Shown in pieces: positions 17,782-27,373 of a stretch of 64,000 nucleotides of DNA (position 1 is its first letter; each line of letters starts with the position of its first letter). Below the pieces are notes generated by a model. The model saw only the letters and a list, made by a program, of their open reading frames with translations. It did no database searches and had not been told where the DNA came from. The stretch is from an uncultured bacterium. GTDB lineage: Bacteria; Hydrogenedentota; Hydrogenedentia; Hydrogenedentales; Hydrogenedentaceae. The stretch covers positions 12,338 to 76,337 of the forward strand of contig CAKZKR010000109.1 of assembly GCA_937124615.1 (NCBI GenBank), given 5' to 3'. A program made the translations under genes and the position numbers.

Positions 17782-19014
17782 TTGTGTCTGGAAGTTGAAA
17801 TGTTAAACGAAATACCTTTTATCCCGTATAATCAAATATTGCCTCACTATGCGTGGATTAAAAAATTTGAGAATGATGTAATACAGGGAATGGTTCGTAG
17901 TAGTGGTACTGAAAAATGGGTTGAATGGAAAGGTGCTCGTATCCCTTTACCTAAAGATAGTGAACTGCCGGAGGGGGCCTGGCTTCAAATCCGTATTGTA
18001 TCTACTTCTCGGGGATATGAATTGGATATTGAATTGCTGAAGGGTTCTAATGTTAATACCGCATCCCCTAAAGTTTCGGACTTATTGTCAAAGACACAAC
18101 AGAATTTTTTAGGCAAGGATCATGCTATTTATGAACTTGTACAAAAAGTTATCGGTTACAATCCAGATTTAGTAGGTAAGATAGACTTGATGACAAAACT
18201 TTTCTATAAGTGGTTTGATGATGCGAATACAATAAATCAGTTGTTTGCTAATATAAATAAAATTATTCAGGAAGCCATAGAAAAAGGGGTTCTTGATAGT
18301 TCATGGTTAAAAATTTATCCTGGAAATATTGTTTTTCAACCTAATGAAAAAATAGATTGGCAGGTAATCGGTAATTTCTTTAAGTGGCAAATGCAAAATT
18401 TAAGTTTTGAGAAACAATTATTTCTGAAAGAAGAAGGTGCAGAATCTAATATTCAAAAATCCCTAATTGAAATAAAGGATTATCGTGTTCTTCAAGCATT
18501 ATTAAAAAATGAGTCTTTTGTTGGTTTTCTTAGAAGTAAAGGTTATTATCAAGAGTTTCAAAAGAACTTAGATACGCTCTTTTCAAAGTTTATGACAAAT
18601 CAATTATTAAATTTGATTAATACAAATTATAGTTACCTCGTATTGGACTTACCTGTAAGTGTTCACGATGGATTTAATCGTGTTTGTATTCATACTTGTT
18701 TCTCGAGAAAGGAAGAACAAAATAAAGGGAAAAAACATCAATATGCTGTTGTTGCTTTTGATATAGAACTGATTAATGCAGGGAAAATGTGGATAGAACT
18801 TCGTTGGTTGGAAGATACATTGGATTGTTTGTTCAGAGTTGTTGAGAAGGAAACAGAAAGAATATGTAAATGTTCTTTTAATGAACTGGAAGATAGTTTT
18901 AAGTCATTAGGATTAAAGAATATAAACATTCGTATTCAGAGTTGGGATGGAGACCGAATAAAAAGTATGGTTTCTCTTCTGGAGTCCATTGAAAATAAAG
19001 GGTGGTCTGTATGA
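17782..19014 (+). CDS. Hypothetical protein, flagellar-operon associated (positional candidate for a FliK-like hook-length regulator)
   Basis: 410 aa with no motif I can name. Its position directly upstream of the FlhB-C-terminal-like gene mirrors the fliK/ylqG-ylqH arrangement. Confidence 0.35.
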   Translation: MCLEVEMLNEIPFIPYNQILPHYAWIKKFENDVIQGMVRSSGTEKWVEWKGARIPLPKDSELPEGAWLQIRIVSTSRGYELDIELLKGSNVNTASPKVSDLLSKTQQNFLGKDHAIYELVQKVIGYNPDLVGKIDLMTKLFYKWFDDANTINQLFANINKIIQEAIEKGVLDSSWLKIYPGNIVFQPNEKIDWQVIGNFFKWQMQNLSFEKQLFLKEEGAESNIQKSLIEIKDYRVLQALLKNESFVGFLRSKGYYQEFQKNLDTLFSKFMTNQLLNLINTNYSYLVLDLPVSVHDGFNRVCIHTCFSRKEEQNKGKKHQYAVVAFDIELINAGKMWIELRWLEDTLDCLFRVVEKETERICKCSFNELEDSFKSLGLKNINIRIQSWDGDRIKSMVSLLESIENKGWSV

Positions 19015-19310
19015 ATAAAGATGAGCAAAATAAAAAAGATAATGATTTACATATTAAAAGAGCCATTGCTTTAAAGTATGAAGTACATAAGGATAATGCT
19101 CCTCGTGTTATTGCAAAAGGAGAAAGATTAACAGCAGAACGGATTATTGAACTTGCTCGCGAAAAAGGAATCTTTATTCATGAAGACCCTGAACTTGTAA
19201 TTCTATTATCAAAAGTGGATGTAGGAACAGAAATTCCAGAGATTTTGTATCGTGCAGTGGCGGAAGTCCTTGCATTTGTTTATCGAATGAATCAAGAACT
19301 TCGTAAATGA
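19002..19310 (+). CDS. FlhB C-terminal domain-like protein (EscU/YscU/HrcU-family small protein, YlqH-like)
   Basis: 102 aa. IALKYEVHKDNAPRVIAKGERLTAERIIELAREKGIFIHEDPELVILLSKVDVGTEIPEILYRAVAEVLAFVYR matches the conserved FlhB-Cterm family. Confidence 0.8.
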   Translation: MVCMNKDEQNKKDNDLHIKRAIALKYEVHKDNAPRVIAKGERLTAERIIELAREKGIFIHEDPELVILLSKVDVGTEIPEILYRAVAEVLAFVYRMNQELRK

Positions 19311-19315
19311 CTGAA

Positions 19316-19819
19316 TCATATATCTTTATTTTGTGATAGAAGAACAACTGCAAGACAAGATATGGCTTCTTCCTTCCCTTCAGGTCCTACTCCCTCGTTT
19401 GTTTTGGCTTTTACAGAGATGCAACTCATTGGAACTTCAAGGATCTGGCTTAAATTTTCTCTTATACTCGTAATATACGGTTTTAACTTGGGTTTTTCAG
19501 CAATGATGGTAGAATCAAGGTTAACGATATACCATCCTTGCTGTTTGATGAGGCTAACTACCTGTTGGAGTAATATGGTACTATCGATATCTTTATATTT
19601 AGGGTCAGTATCTGGAAAATGTCCGCCGATATCTCCCATAGCGAGGGCACCAAATATGGAATCAATAATTGCATGAATTAATACATCAGCGTCCGAATGT
19701 CCCAGAAGACCTTTGTTATGTAGAATATTAACTCCACCAATAATTAAATTTTTCCCCTCGATTAGACGGTGTAAATCGTATCCAATACCAATACGGTGTA
19801 TTGTATTATGATTCTTCAT
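19316..19819 (-). CDS. ispF: 2-C-methyl-D-erythritol 2,4-cyclodiphosphate synthase
   Basis: IGIGYDLHRL...GHSDADVLIHAIIDSIFGALAMGDIGGHFPDTDPKYKDIDS is the canonical IspF sequence. Confidence 0.9.
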   Translation of the reverse strand: MKNHNTIHRIGIGYDLHRLIEGKNLIIGGVNILHNKGLLGHSDADVLIHAIIDSIFGALAMGDIGGHFPDTDPKYKDIDSTILLQQVVSLIKQQGWYIVNLDSTIIAEKPKLKPYITSIRENLSQILEVPMSCISVKAKTNEGVGPEGKEEAISCLAVVLLSQNKDI

Positions 19820-20504
19820 TCTGGATTGTTCTCAATAGATATTCACTTAAACCAATATCAAAGGGTAATGTAATTTTTATATTAATTGGGTCCCCAATAA
19901 CAATAGCAACATTATTCCCCATTTGTTGGACTAATGTTGCATCGTCAGTAAATAGTAATCCTTTTTGCTTTGCTATTTCATGTGCTGAGAGAATTATTTC
20001 TTTACGAAATGTCTGAGGTGTTTGGCACTCATATATATATTTTCGGTTTGGTGTGTTTTTTAGGAGAAGTCTTTCATCTACTTCTAATATGGTATTTGTT
20101 GAGGGTATAGCAACAGTAGCAGAACCTATTGTTTTTGCTTTTTCAATAGAGTCATAAACACATTGGAGTGGTACAAAAGGACGGACACAATCATGGATTA
20201 CAACAATTTCTGTTTTTTCATTTAAATGATACAACCCGTTGTATACAGATAATTGTCTTTCATGTCCTCCTTCAACAAATATGCACGACGGTAGATTAAA
20301 TTTTTGGATAATCTCTCTGTTAAAAACATCAATACATACCGGAGGTGCTACTATAATGGGAGGTGCTACCCATTCTAATTTAAGCAGTCTTTTCAATGTC
20401 CAGTAAAGAATAGGCTTCCCTGCGATAGGAACAAGTGCTTTTGGTATGCCTTTTCCTAATCGACTGCCGAAACCTCCCGCAGGTATGATTAGTTGTGCAT
20501 TCAT
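19806..20504 (-). CDS. ispD: 2-C-methyl-D-erythritol 4-phosphate cytidylyltransferase
   Basis: N-terminus IIPAGGFGSRLGKGIPKALVPIAGKPIL. The yacL-ispD-ispF order is conserved. Overlaps ispF by 14 nt. Confidence 0.9.
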   Translation of the reverse strand: MNAQLIIPAGGFGSRLGKGIPKALVPIAGKPILYWTLKRLLKLEWVAPPIIVAPPVCIDVFNREIIQKFNLPSCIFVEGGHERQLSVYNGLYHLNEKTEIVVIHDCVRPFVPLQCVYDSIEKAKTIGSATVAIPSTNTILEVDERLLLKNTPNRKYIYECQTPQTFRKEIILSAHEIAKQKGLLFTDDATLVQQMGNNVAIVIGDPINIKITLPFDIGLSEYLLRTIQNEES

Positions 20505-21556
20505 GATACTAATGATTGAAAACGGGTGAAAATCATTCTCCCAGCAGATGTTTGTAGGATGCTTGTAACAATTACATTTATGGTATGCCCCAGGTAGGGT
20601 TTTCCACCATCGATAACTACCATAGTTCCATCATCAAGATAACCAATTCCTTGTCCTGTTTCTTTCCCTTCTTTAATAACTTTGATTTCCATTTGTTCAT
20701 CAGGTAAAAGGATCGGCTTTAATGCATTAGCTAAATCATTTACATTAAGAACACGCACACCCTCAATTTGCGCAACTTTGTTCAGATTGAAATCGGTTGT
20801 TAAAATAGGTGCATGATATTTTTTTGCGAGTGTTACTAACTTAGCGTCAACCTCGCGAACATCTTTTGGATTTTCTTCTATAATTTCTATCTGGCAATCC
20901 ATCTGTGTATCTTGTAAGGATTTTAGTACATCGAGACCACGTCTTCCTTTGGCCCTCCGAAGAATATCCGTTGAATCGGCAATATTTTGAAGTTCTCGTA
21001 AAACAAATCGGGGGACAATAAGTGTCCCTTCGAGAAATCCACTTTTACAAATGTCTGCGATTCTTCCATCAATGAGGATACTCGTATCGATTATTTTTAC
21101 ATTACTATAATTAGTTCCTTTTTTCTGGACCGCACTAATAAGAGATTCCCAATTGGAGGCACGAGTTAAGCCCAAAACTATTCCTATAAAACCGAAAACG
21201 AGTACCAAAGAAACCATAACAAAGATACGAAGAGTAAGTTCTGCTTGAGGTGCCCAAAAAAAGATATATTGTCCAATAAAATACCCCGCAACCATAGCAA
21301 GGACAATTGCAACCAGTGCAGGAGCAATTCTTTCATAGATTTCCTGTGAAACGAATTGAACGGCTAATAAAATTCCCAATCCAATAATTGCCCCGGTAAC
21401 ACCTCCTATTGGAACCCATAGTCTTTGTGGAATCCCCAAAATGCGTATATTTGTATTTACTGTATCGCTGAACTCGCCTGTAAGGTAGTAAGCCCACATA
21501 ACTCCCATTACGATACAGGCCAATAGAAAGAATATTTTTACCAATTTTATTACCAT
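20501..21556 (-). CDS. yacL: PIN/TRAM domain membrane-associated protein (YacL-like)
   Basis: N-terminal TM helices, a PIN domain (IIDTSILIDGRIADI) and a C-terminal TRAM (IKVIKEGKETGQGIGYLDDGTMVVIDGG). Sits upstream of ispD as in Bacillus. Confidence 0.75.
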   Translation of the reverse strand: MVIKLVKIFFLLACIVMGVMWAYYLTGEFSDTVNTNIRILGIPQRLWVPIGGVTGAIIGLGILLAVQFVSQEIYERIAPALVAIVLAMVAGYFIGQYIFFWAPQAELTLRIFVMVSLVLVFGFIGIVLGLTRASNWESLISAVQKKGTNYSNVKIIDTSILIDGRIADICKSGFLEGTLIVPRFVLRELQNIADSTDILRRAKGRRGLDVLKSLQDTQMDCQIEIIEENPKDVREVDAKLVTLAKKYHAPILTTDFNLNKVAQIEGVRVLNVNDLANALKPILLPDEQMEIKVIKEGKETGQGIGYLDDGTMVVIDGGKPYLGHTINVIVTSILQTSAGRMIFTRFQSLVS

Positions 21557-21908
21557 AATTAAAACCTTACTCTAAATATGTTTATAATTTTATCTTATTT
21601 GCCTTTGTTTATCAAATGTATTTATCGCAGAAAATCTATTATCAAATACGATATTTTGTCAAAGATTATTTAATGAATACAGTTGGAATTTCTGAATCGA
21701 TTAGGAATCGTTCATAGAATTCCCCATTCTATATGAGAATATTATATTTTGATAGAATCTTTTTAGAAGTGCCTCCCTTTCAAAAATTGTAAAAACAATG
21801 CATTTTCTAAAATGATTTTATTTAAATTGACAGATGAAAAAAGTAGGAATGTTTTCAGGGACAAATCTCTTTCTTATCCAGAAGAGATGAATTACCCAGT
21901 TCTTGCAA

Positions 21909-22742
21909 CTACTTTATACGAGCGATAATTTCTTTAACCAGACTTCTTAATTTGGGTTCTATTTTCTGTGCTGTGGCAATAATATGTTCAATATTCGCAG
22001 GTTGAAGTGCATCAGGAAAACATTCATCTGTAATAGCTGAGAATCCCAGAACTTTTAATCCGGAATGAACAGCAACAATGACTTCAGGAACTGTACTCAT
22101 TCCTACGGCGTCGGCACCAATGGCTCGTAAAAAACGATATTCCGCTCGAGTCTCTAAACAGGGACCTGCCACACCGACATATACCCCCTTGTATATTGGA
22201 ATTTTTAATTCCAGAGCCGTTTGTTCTGCTATTTGAATTAATTCTTTAGAATAGGGTTCACTCATGTCCGGGAAACGCGGTCCCAGGGTATCGTCATTGG
22301 GACCTATTAATGGATTGTCTCCCATAAGATTAATATGGTCTGTAATAATCATTAAATCACCCGCTTTGAATAAGGGATTCATTCCTCCTGCTGCATTAGA
22401 TATAATAATCGTTTTTACTCCTAATGCTTTGGCAACACGAACCGGAAAAGTAACCTGTTGTAAGGAAAATCCTTCGTAGTAGTGAAATCTTCCTGATAAA
22501 GCAAGAACTTTTTTCCCGGATAGTTCTCCGATAATTAATTCTCCACCGTGTAGTGAATCGTCAGGGAAATGGGGTATATCTTGATAAGGAATAATAATCT
22601 CGCTTTGGATTATCTCTTTCAATGTGCCTAAACCGGTTCCTAAGATAATTCCGATAGAAGGCTTTGTGGATGTTGTTTTCTGAATAACTTCCACCGATTC
22701 TTGAATTTGTTCTTTTAGTGTTATCATCTTGCTTCTCTCCAT
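21909..22742 (-). CDS. punA: Purine nucleoside phosphorylase (PNP family I, inosine/guanosine)
   Basis: SGRFHYYEGFSLQQVTFPVRV parallels human/bacterial PNP GRFHMYEGY...VTFPVRV. PNP_UDP_1 fold. Confidence 0.8.
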   Translation of the reverse strand: MERSKMITLKEQIQESVEVIQKTTSTKPSIGIILGTGLGTLKEIIQSEIIIPYQDIPHFPDDSLHGGELIIGELSGKKVLALSGRFHYYEGFSLQQVTFPVRVAKALGVKTIIISNAAGGMNPLFKAGDLMIITDHINLMGDNPLIGPNDDTLGPRFPDMSEPYSKELIQIAEQTALELKIPIYKGVYVGVAGPCLETRAEYRFLRAIGADAVGMSTVPEVIVAVHSGLKVLGFSAITDECFPDALQPANIEHIIATAQKIEPKLRSLVKEIIARIK

Positions 22743-22745
22743 AAT

Positions 22746-23036
22746 TTATTTGATTTTTTTTAACTCGGTTAGTTTATGGGAGAATTTTAATTTAAATTCA
22801 TCGGGTATTTCTAATAATTTTACTTTGCTTGTTTTTCCTTGCACAATACAAATCTCGTTTTTGTTTATTTCCATCCAGTCCGCAATTAAACGGATTAGTC
22901 TCTCATTGGCTTTTCCTTTTTCAGGAGGAGCCTTTACATGGATGTGTAATATGCCATCTTCTTTTATTTTGATAGTTTCTGTATGTGCGTTGGGTAAAAT
23001 ATAAACTTTAAATCTGTGTTTGGATTTCGATGACAT
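22746..23036 (-). CDS. DUF167/YggU-family protein (UPF0235)
   Basis: 96 aa. The KAPPEKGKANERLIRLIA...VQGKTSKVKLLEI pattern is typical of YggU. Confidence 0.6.
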   Translation of the reverse strand: MSSKSKHRFKVYILPNAHTETIKIKEDGILHIHVKAPPEKGKANERLIRLIADWMEINKNEICIVQGKTSKVKLLEIPDEFKLKFSHKLTELKKIK

Positions 23037-23234
23037 TCTAACTGTATTTACTGTGTTATTAAAATTTTTAATTAATAAACTTTTGAAATTAACTAATATA
23101 TTATAAAAAAAATAGGGAGTCTTGTTATTGGGTTATATAAAAATTATAAGAACCAAAAGGGATTAATAAAACCCGTTTTAAACAAGACTCCCATCAAGAG
23201 CACAAGAGGATAATTCAATTGTAAAAGTTTTTTG

Positions 23235-23447
23235 CTATGAGTTCCGTTTTTGTATAAAATTTGCCTTAATGGAACCATACGCAGGAGATGCTGTTGTGGA
23301 AGTCGTCATTTCTGGCATTTCTCCAAAATACTCTTCATAGCATCCGATATGCCAGTATTCTCCCTCGATTTCAACAGCCTCGTCAAACTGAAACTCAATG
23401 TCCTCTATGTACTCATTACAAAGAGCACAGCGTTTCATTTTATTCAC
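23235..23447 (-). CDS. Small hypothetical Cys/His-containing protein (possible zinc-binding)
   Basis: 70 aa with CALCNEY...WHIGCYEEYF. Confidence 0.35.
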   Translation of the reverse strand: MNKMKRCALCNEYIEDIEFQFDEAVEIEGEYWHIGCYEEYFGEMPEMTTSTTASPAYGSIKANFIQKRNS

Positions 23448-23748
23448 CTCGCTTTCTATCGCAATTTAGGGTTTATAATTTATATATTAATAACGAAAAA
23501 AAAGAATAAAAAATTCTTTTTATGTTAATCTTATTTCTAAATACTTAGTAAACGAACCTCACTACCTTGTTGATATACACAGGTCCATTAGGTTGTCTAT
23601 ATATTTATACCATATTTAATCCTGAAAGTCAAGTAAAAATTCGATTAAAACAAAAAAACAATAAAATTTTATAAGTATTTTGTTGTCAATATCTTACGAA
23701 TAAAAAATTCCATTATAGCATTTTTTTTCTTTTTTATGGTTGATTTTT

Positions 23749-24513
23749 CTATATATTAAAAAATTTTTTTGCATTATTTGTGGTATTCTCTGCTATTTCT
23801 TTTTCCGAACATTTTAGATAATCAGATAGGACAGAAAGAACAATAGTAATATTGGATGGAACATTACGCATATCGGTTTGCCCTGAAGGAGGAATGTCTG
23901 GACTATCAGTTTCAATAAGGATGTGTTTCGGATAAATTTGATTTAGAACCCTTTCCCTTTTAGAACTATATCGGTATGTAATTCCACAACCGAAGGAGAA
24001 GAATATGTTATGAGGAGTTAATTGTTCTACAATTTCAAGACTCCCTTTGAATGCATGGATAATTCCTCCTTTTTCGGGCATACCGATTTTATTTATGATT
24101 CCTGTGAGTTGTGAAAATGCACCACGACAGTGCATTACTACGGGAAGATTTAATTCTTTTGCAATTTCTAACTGACGAACAAAAAACTTTTCTTGTAATT
24201 CATAAGGGGGGTTATCAATCTTCAAGTCTAATCCGATTTCACCGATAGCTATAATTTTATTGGCAGAGTCCGATAATAAATAATTTAAATCACTAAAATA
24301 TTCTTCCTTAACATACCACGGATGAATACCCCAAGTGCATTCAATTTCAGGATATTGTTGGGACAATTGTAATGATTTATTCCACTGTTCAGGGATGACA
24401 GAAGATGTAATTAATTTTATGATACCCACTGATTTTGCTTTGTTTAATACTTCTTCCAAATCACTGGAAAATTCTTCTGCTTCTAAATGGCAGTGTACAT
24501 CAATAATTTCCAT
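23749..24513 (-). CDS. tatD: TatD-family metal-dependent hydrolase (DNase)
   Basis: MEIIDVHCHLE start (HxH motif) and a 254-aa TIM-barrel hydrolase pattern. Confidence 0.85.
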   Translation of the reverse strand: MEIIDVHCHLEAEEFSSDLEEVLNKAKSVGIIKLITSSVIPEQWNKSLQLSQQYPEIECTWGIHPWYVKEEYFSDLNYLLSDSANKIIAIGEIGLDLKIDNPPYELQEKFFVRQLEIAKELNLPVVMHCRGAFSQLTGIINKIGMPEKGGIIHAFKGSLEIVEQLTPHNIFFSFGCGITYRYSSKRERVLNQIYPKHILIETDSPDIPPSGQTDMRNVPSNITIVLSVLSDYLKCSEKEIAENTTNNAKKFFNI

Positions 24514-24619
24514 TTGTGATGCCTTTCATTTGTATAATTACTATATTATTTATTTCATATCTATTACATTTTAACAAGATTTTAATTTTTGTTTATTCGC
24601 AAAATAGGGTTAATTAACG

Positions 24620-26578
24620 ATGCCAAATTATTCGAGAAGATTAAAACCGGCAAAGATAATTGTAGAAAGTTCTATCTCTGAAAATGAGAGTACTATTCCT
24701 GCTCCGTGGGATTGGGTGGGAAGAGGTAATTGGTGTTGGGGAATAGCCTCTTCTCCGATTCGGAGTAGATTTCATCTCGAATACCTAAAGAAGAAGGAAT
24801 TAACGCCTGTTATTACACCATTTTTAGCACATGTTGAAACAAGAAGTCGTTTTTATAAGGATAATAATAAAGAAGTTCCTGCCACTGCTGAATCCCTTGC
24901 AAGTTATTTTGAGACATTCGGAAACAACTTCATATGGGAAGGATTTACCGAGGAGGATTCTTCTGGAGTTGGATTTTCAAGAAGTTTTCTTGAAAATCCC
25001 CCCTGTTCTCACGAAGAAGCTAAAAGAAGGTTTGAACAATTCCTAAGGGAAGGGTTAGCAGAAATAAATAGATATGCTCCTGAAATTCATAAGTGGGGTC
25101 GGTGTGGTTATGCTAGTAGTGTGCACATTTATGCGAAACTTGGATTGGATGCAATATTGTTGGAACGAACTAATGATGATATTGATGATATACAAACGGG
25201 GATTGCATTTACTCGTGGTGCGGGAAAACAATATAATTGTTCCTGGGGTATCGATTTTTCTCTCTGGTGGGGTGTTTTTTACGGATGTGTGCAAGACTTA
25301 TCTACTTCATATCATAGAAGGAATTGGTTAATTTCTTATTTTTCAGGAGCGGATTATTTGGCTATTGAAGGGGGTGATTTGTTATGTTACCGAGATGGAA
25401 AATTATCACAAATGGGGGTTGATTTTGAAAATTTTTCTAAATGGATACAAAAAATTCCTCGTGGTATTCCTCTTGTCCCTGTTGCAGTTATTCTTCCATC
25501 AGATCATGGATGGATTTCTCCTCCATATTGGGAGACACAACAGTTCGCCTGGAATTATGCACGACTAAAGAGAAAACCGGGAGAGAGAGGTATTGATGGC
25601 TTCTTTTCAACAATTTTTCCGGGAAGTAATTTTGCAATGGACCCATTTCCTTTTGGAAATTATGAAGAAAACGACCCACCAGCAAGTCCTTTTGCTCTTT
25701 CCTGTATAACTCCTCGTTATGCTCCATTACCACAAAATGTTTTTTACAGCAAATCCTATATTCCATTTGGAAAATATAAGGATCGAATTGAGGCGAATGA
25801 GTTTTTGAAGAATAATAAAATAGATATTTCTCCATATCGTCCGATGGGAGTCAGTCGTTGGGGTGATATTTTTGATGTATTTACGGAAAAGGTAGATGGA
25901 GAAATTCTAAAAAACTATAGAGTCCTCATTGTTTTGGGTCCTTTAATAATCAATGAAGAGATAAAACAAAAATTGATTGATTATATTTATAGCGGTGGTA
26001 CGGTTGTATGTTCAGCAGGAGCTATAGGACCGGATGACCATGATTGGACAGGAGTTCAAATGCTACCAGAACTTCATACGGGTTATCGGTGGAGGTGGGG
26101 AAAAGACAACTGGAATAACGAAGCGTTTCGATTTATTCCATCCAATGTGGATTCTGATTCAGAGGTGGTAGCATGGGCCAATAAAAATGCTCCTTTGATT
26201 GTGTATACGCATATAGGGAAAGGGAAGTTATATTTAGTTCTTAGCCCGTGGTTTGAAAGCGGTTCTGCTATTTTAATGGGTGCAGTAGTAAAGTTGCTCG
26301 ATACTCTTTTTTCGCCATTAATCCCGTTTAAAGTTTGTGGCCCTCCTTGTGAATGGTTGGTTACAGAAGATGAAGAATATCAAACGGTTTTGGTGGTAAA
26401 TCATGCGGACTTTTTATGGGAGGGTTTTATTGAGTATAAAGATAATTTTTTAGGTGAGAAAGAAGTCATAGAATTAATCAACGGGAACAGATACCCAATT
26501 GATAAGGATAATAAGATAAGTTTTATTATCCCTCCTTTTGAAGCGAATGTCTTTCAATTTTCAAAAAGACAATCTTAA
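24620..26578 (+). CDS. Large hypothetical protein (652 aa), possibly glycoside-hydrolase-like with a GATase1-like/trimerisation-type domain
   Basis: No clear catalytic motif. The segment VLIVLGPLIINEEIKQKLIDYIYSGGTVV resembles the class-I glutamine-amidotransferase-like domain of GH42 beta-galactosidases. The call is weak. Confidence 0.35.
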   Translation: MPNYSRRLKPAKIIVESSISENESTIPAPWDWVGRGNWCWGIASSPIRSRFHLEYLKKKELTPVITPFLAHVETRSRFYKDNNKEVPATAESLASYFETFGNNFIWEGFTEEDSSGVGFSRSFLENPPCSHEEAKRRFEQFLREGLAEINRYAPEIHKWGRCGYASSVHIYAKLGLDAILLERTNDDIDDIQTGIAFTRGAGKQYNCSWGIDFSLWWGVFYGCVQDLSTSYHRRNWLISYFSGADYLAIEGGDLLCYRDGKLSQMGVDFENFSKWIQKIPRGIPLVPVAVILPSDHGWISPPYWETQQFAWNYARLKRKPGERGIDGFFSTIFPGSNFAMDPFPFGNYEENDPPASPFALSCITPRYAPLPQNVFYSKSYIPFGKYKDRIEANEFLKNNKIDISPYRPMGVSRWGDIFDVFTEKVDGEILKNYRVLIVLGPLIINEEIKQKLIDYIYSGGTVVCSAGAIGPDDHDWTGVQMLPELHTGYRWRWGKDNWNNEAFRFIPSNVDSDSEVVAWANKNAPLIVYTHIGKGKLYLVLSPWFESGSAILMGAVVKLLDTLFSPLIPFKVCGPPCEWLVTEDEEYQTVLVVNHADFLWEGFIEYKDNFLGEKEVIELINGNRYPIDKDNKISFIIPPFEANVFQFSKRQS

Positions 26579-26602
26579 ATTATATAAAGGTTTTATACTT
26601 GT

Positions 26603-27373
26603 ATGTTGAGTTTTTCAGTTTTAGGAAGTGGTAGTTCTGGTAATGCCACTTATATACAAGGTTCACACACATCTATTTTATTGGATTGTGGATTTAGTAT
26701 GCCTCAAATTAAGAAAAGATTAGAGTCTATAGAGAGGGGAATAGATGATATTGATGCAATTTTTATAACACATGAACATGTTGACCATATTTGTGGTTTG
26801 AAACGATTGTTGAATACATACGATATTCCTGTCTTTATGACCCGAGGAACCTACAATGTTTTGCAAAATATTATCAATAACAACAAAAGTATTGAGATTT
26901 TTGAATCAGGTGAGGCCCTTACTTTAGGAGAGTTTTATGTTCAATCTTTTTCTGTAACGCATGATGCTAAAGACCCTGTAAATTATGTGGTATCCAATGA
27001 AAGAGTAAAAATCGGTTTTGCTACGGATTGTGGGTATCCCTCTAAATTGATTATAAATAGGTTGAAAGGATGTCATGGGTTGATAATCGAATCCAATTAT
27101 TGTCCGGATTTGCTTATGAAAGGTGTATATCCTATTCATATAAAGCAAAGGATACAAAGTAGATTTGGACATTTATCCAATCAGCAAATGTTACAATTGC
27201 TTTCTTCTGTTATCGACGATACATTGCGTGCACTCGTTCTGGCTCATATAAGCGAAAATAATAATCAACACGGATTGGTAGAACGGCTGGTTCGACAAAT
27301 TATTGGGGAGAGAGATATTCAATTATGGATAAGCAGTCAGACACATCCGACACCGTTAATATATTTGAGTTAG
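26603..27373 (+). CDS. MBL-fold metallo-hydrolase
   Basis: The HxHxDH motif (ITHEHVDHICGL) and later His/Asp ligands are present. Confidence 0.8.
   Translation: MLSFSVLGSGSSGNATYIQGSHTSILLDCGFSMPQIKKRLESIERGIDDIDAIFITHEHVDHICGLKRLLNTYDIPVFMTRGTYNVLQNIINNNKSIEIFESGEALTLGEFYVQSFSVTHDAKDPVNYVVSNERVKIGFATDCGYPSKLIINRLKGCHGLIIESNYCPDLLMKGVYPIHIKQRIQSRFGHLSNQQMLQLLSSVIDDTLRALVLAHISENNNQHGLVERLVRQIIGERDIQLWISSQTHPTPLIYLS

Noticed and set aside
21864-21889. 7-bp hairpin (ATCTCTT/AAGAGAT) just downstream of punA
   Set aside because: The stem is short and no U-tract follows on either strand. It is not a convincing intrinsic terminator.
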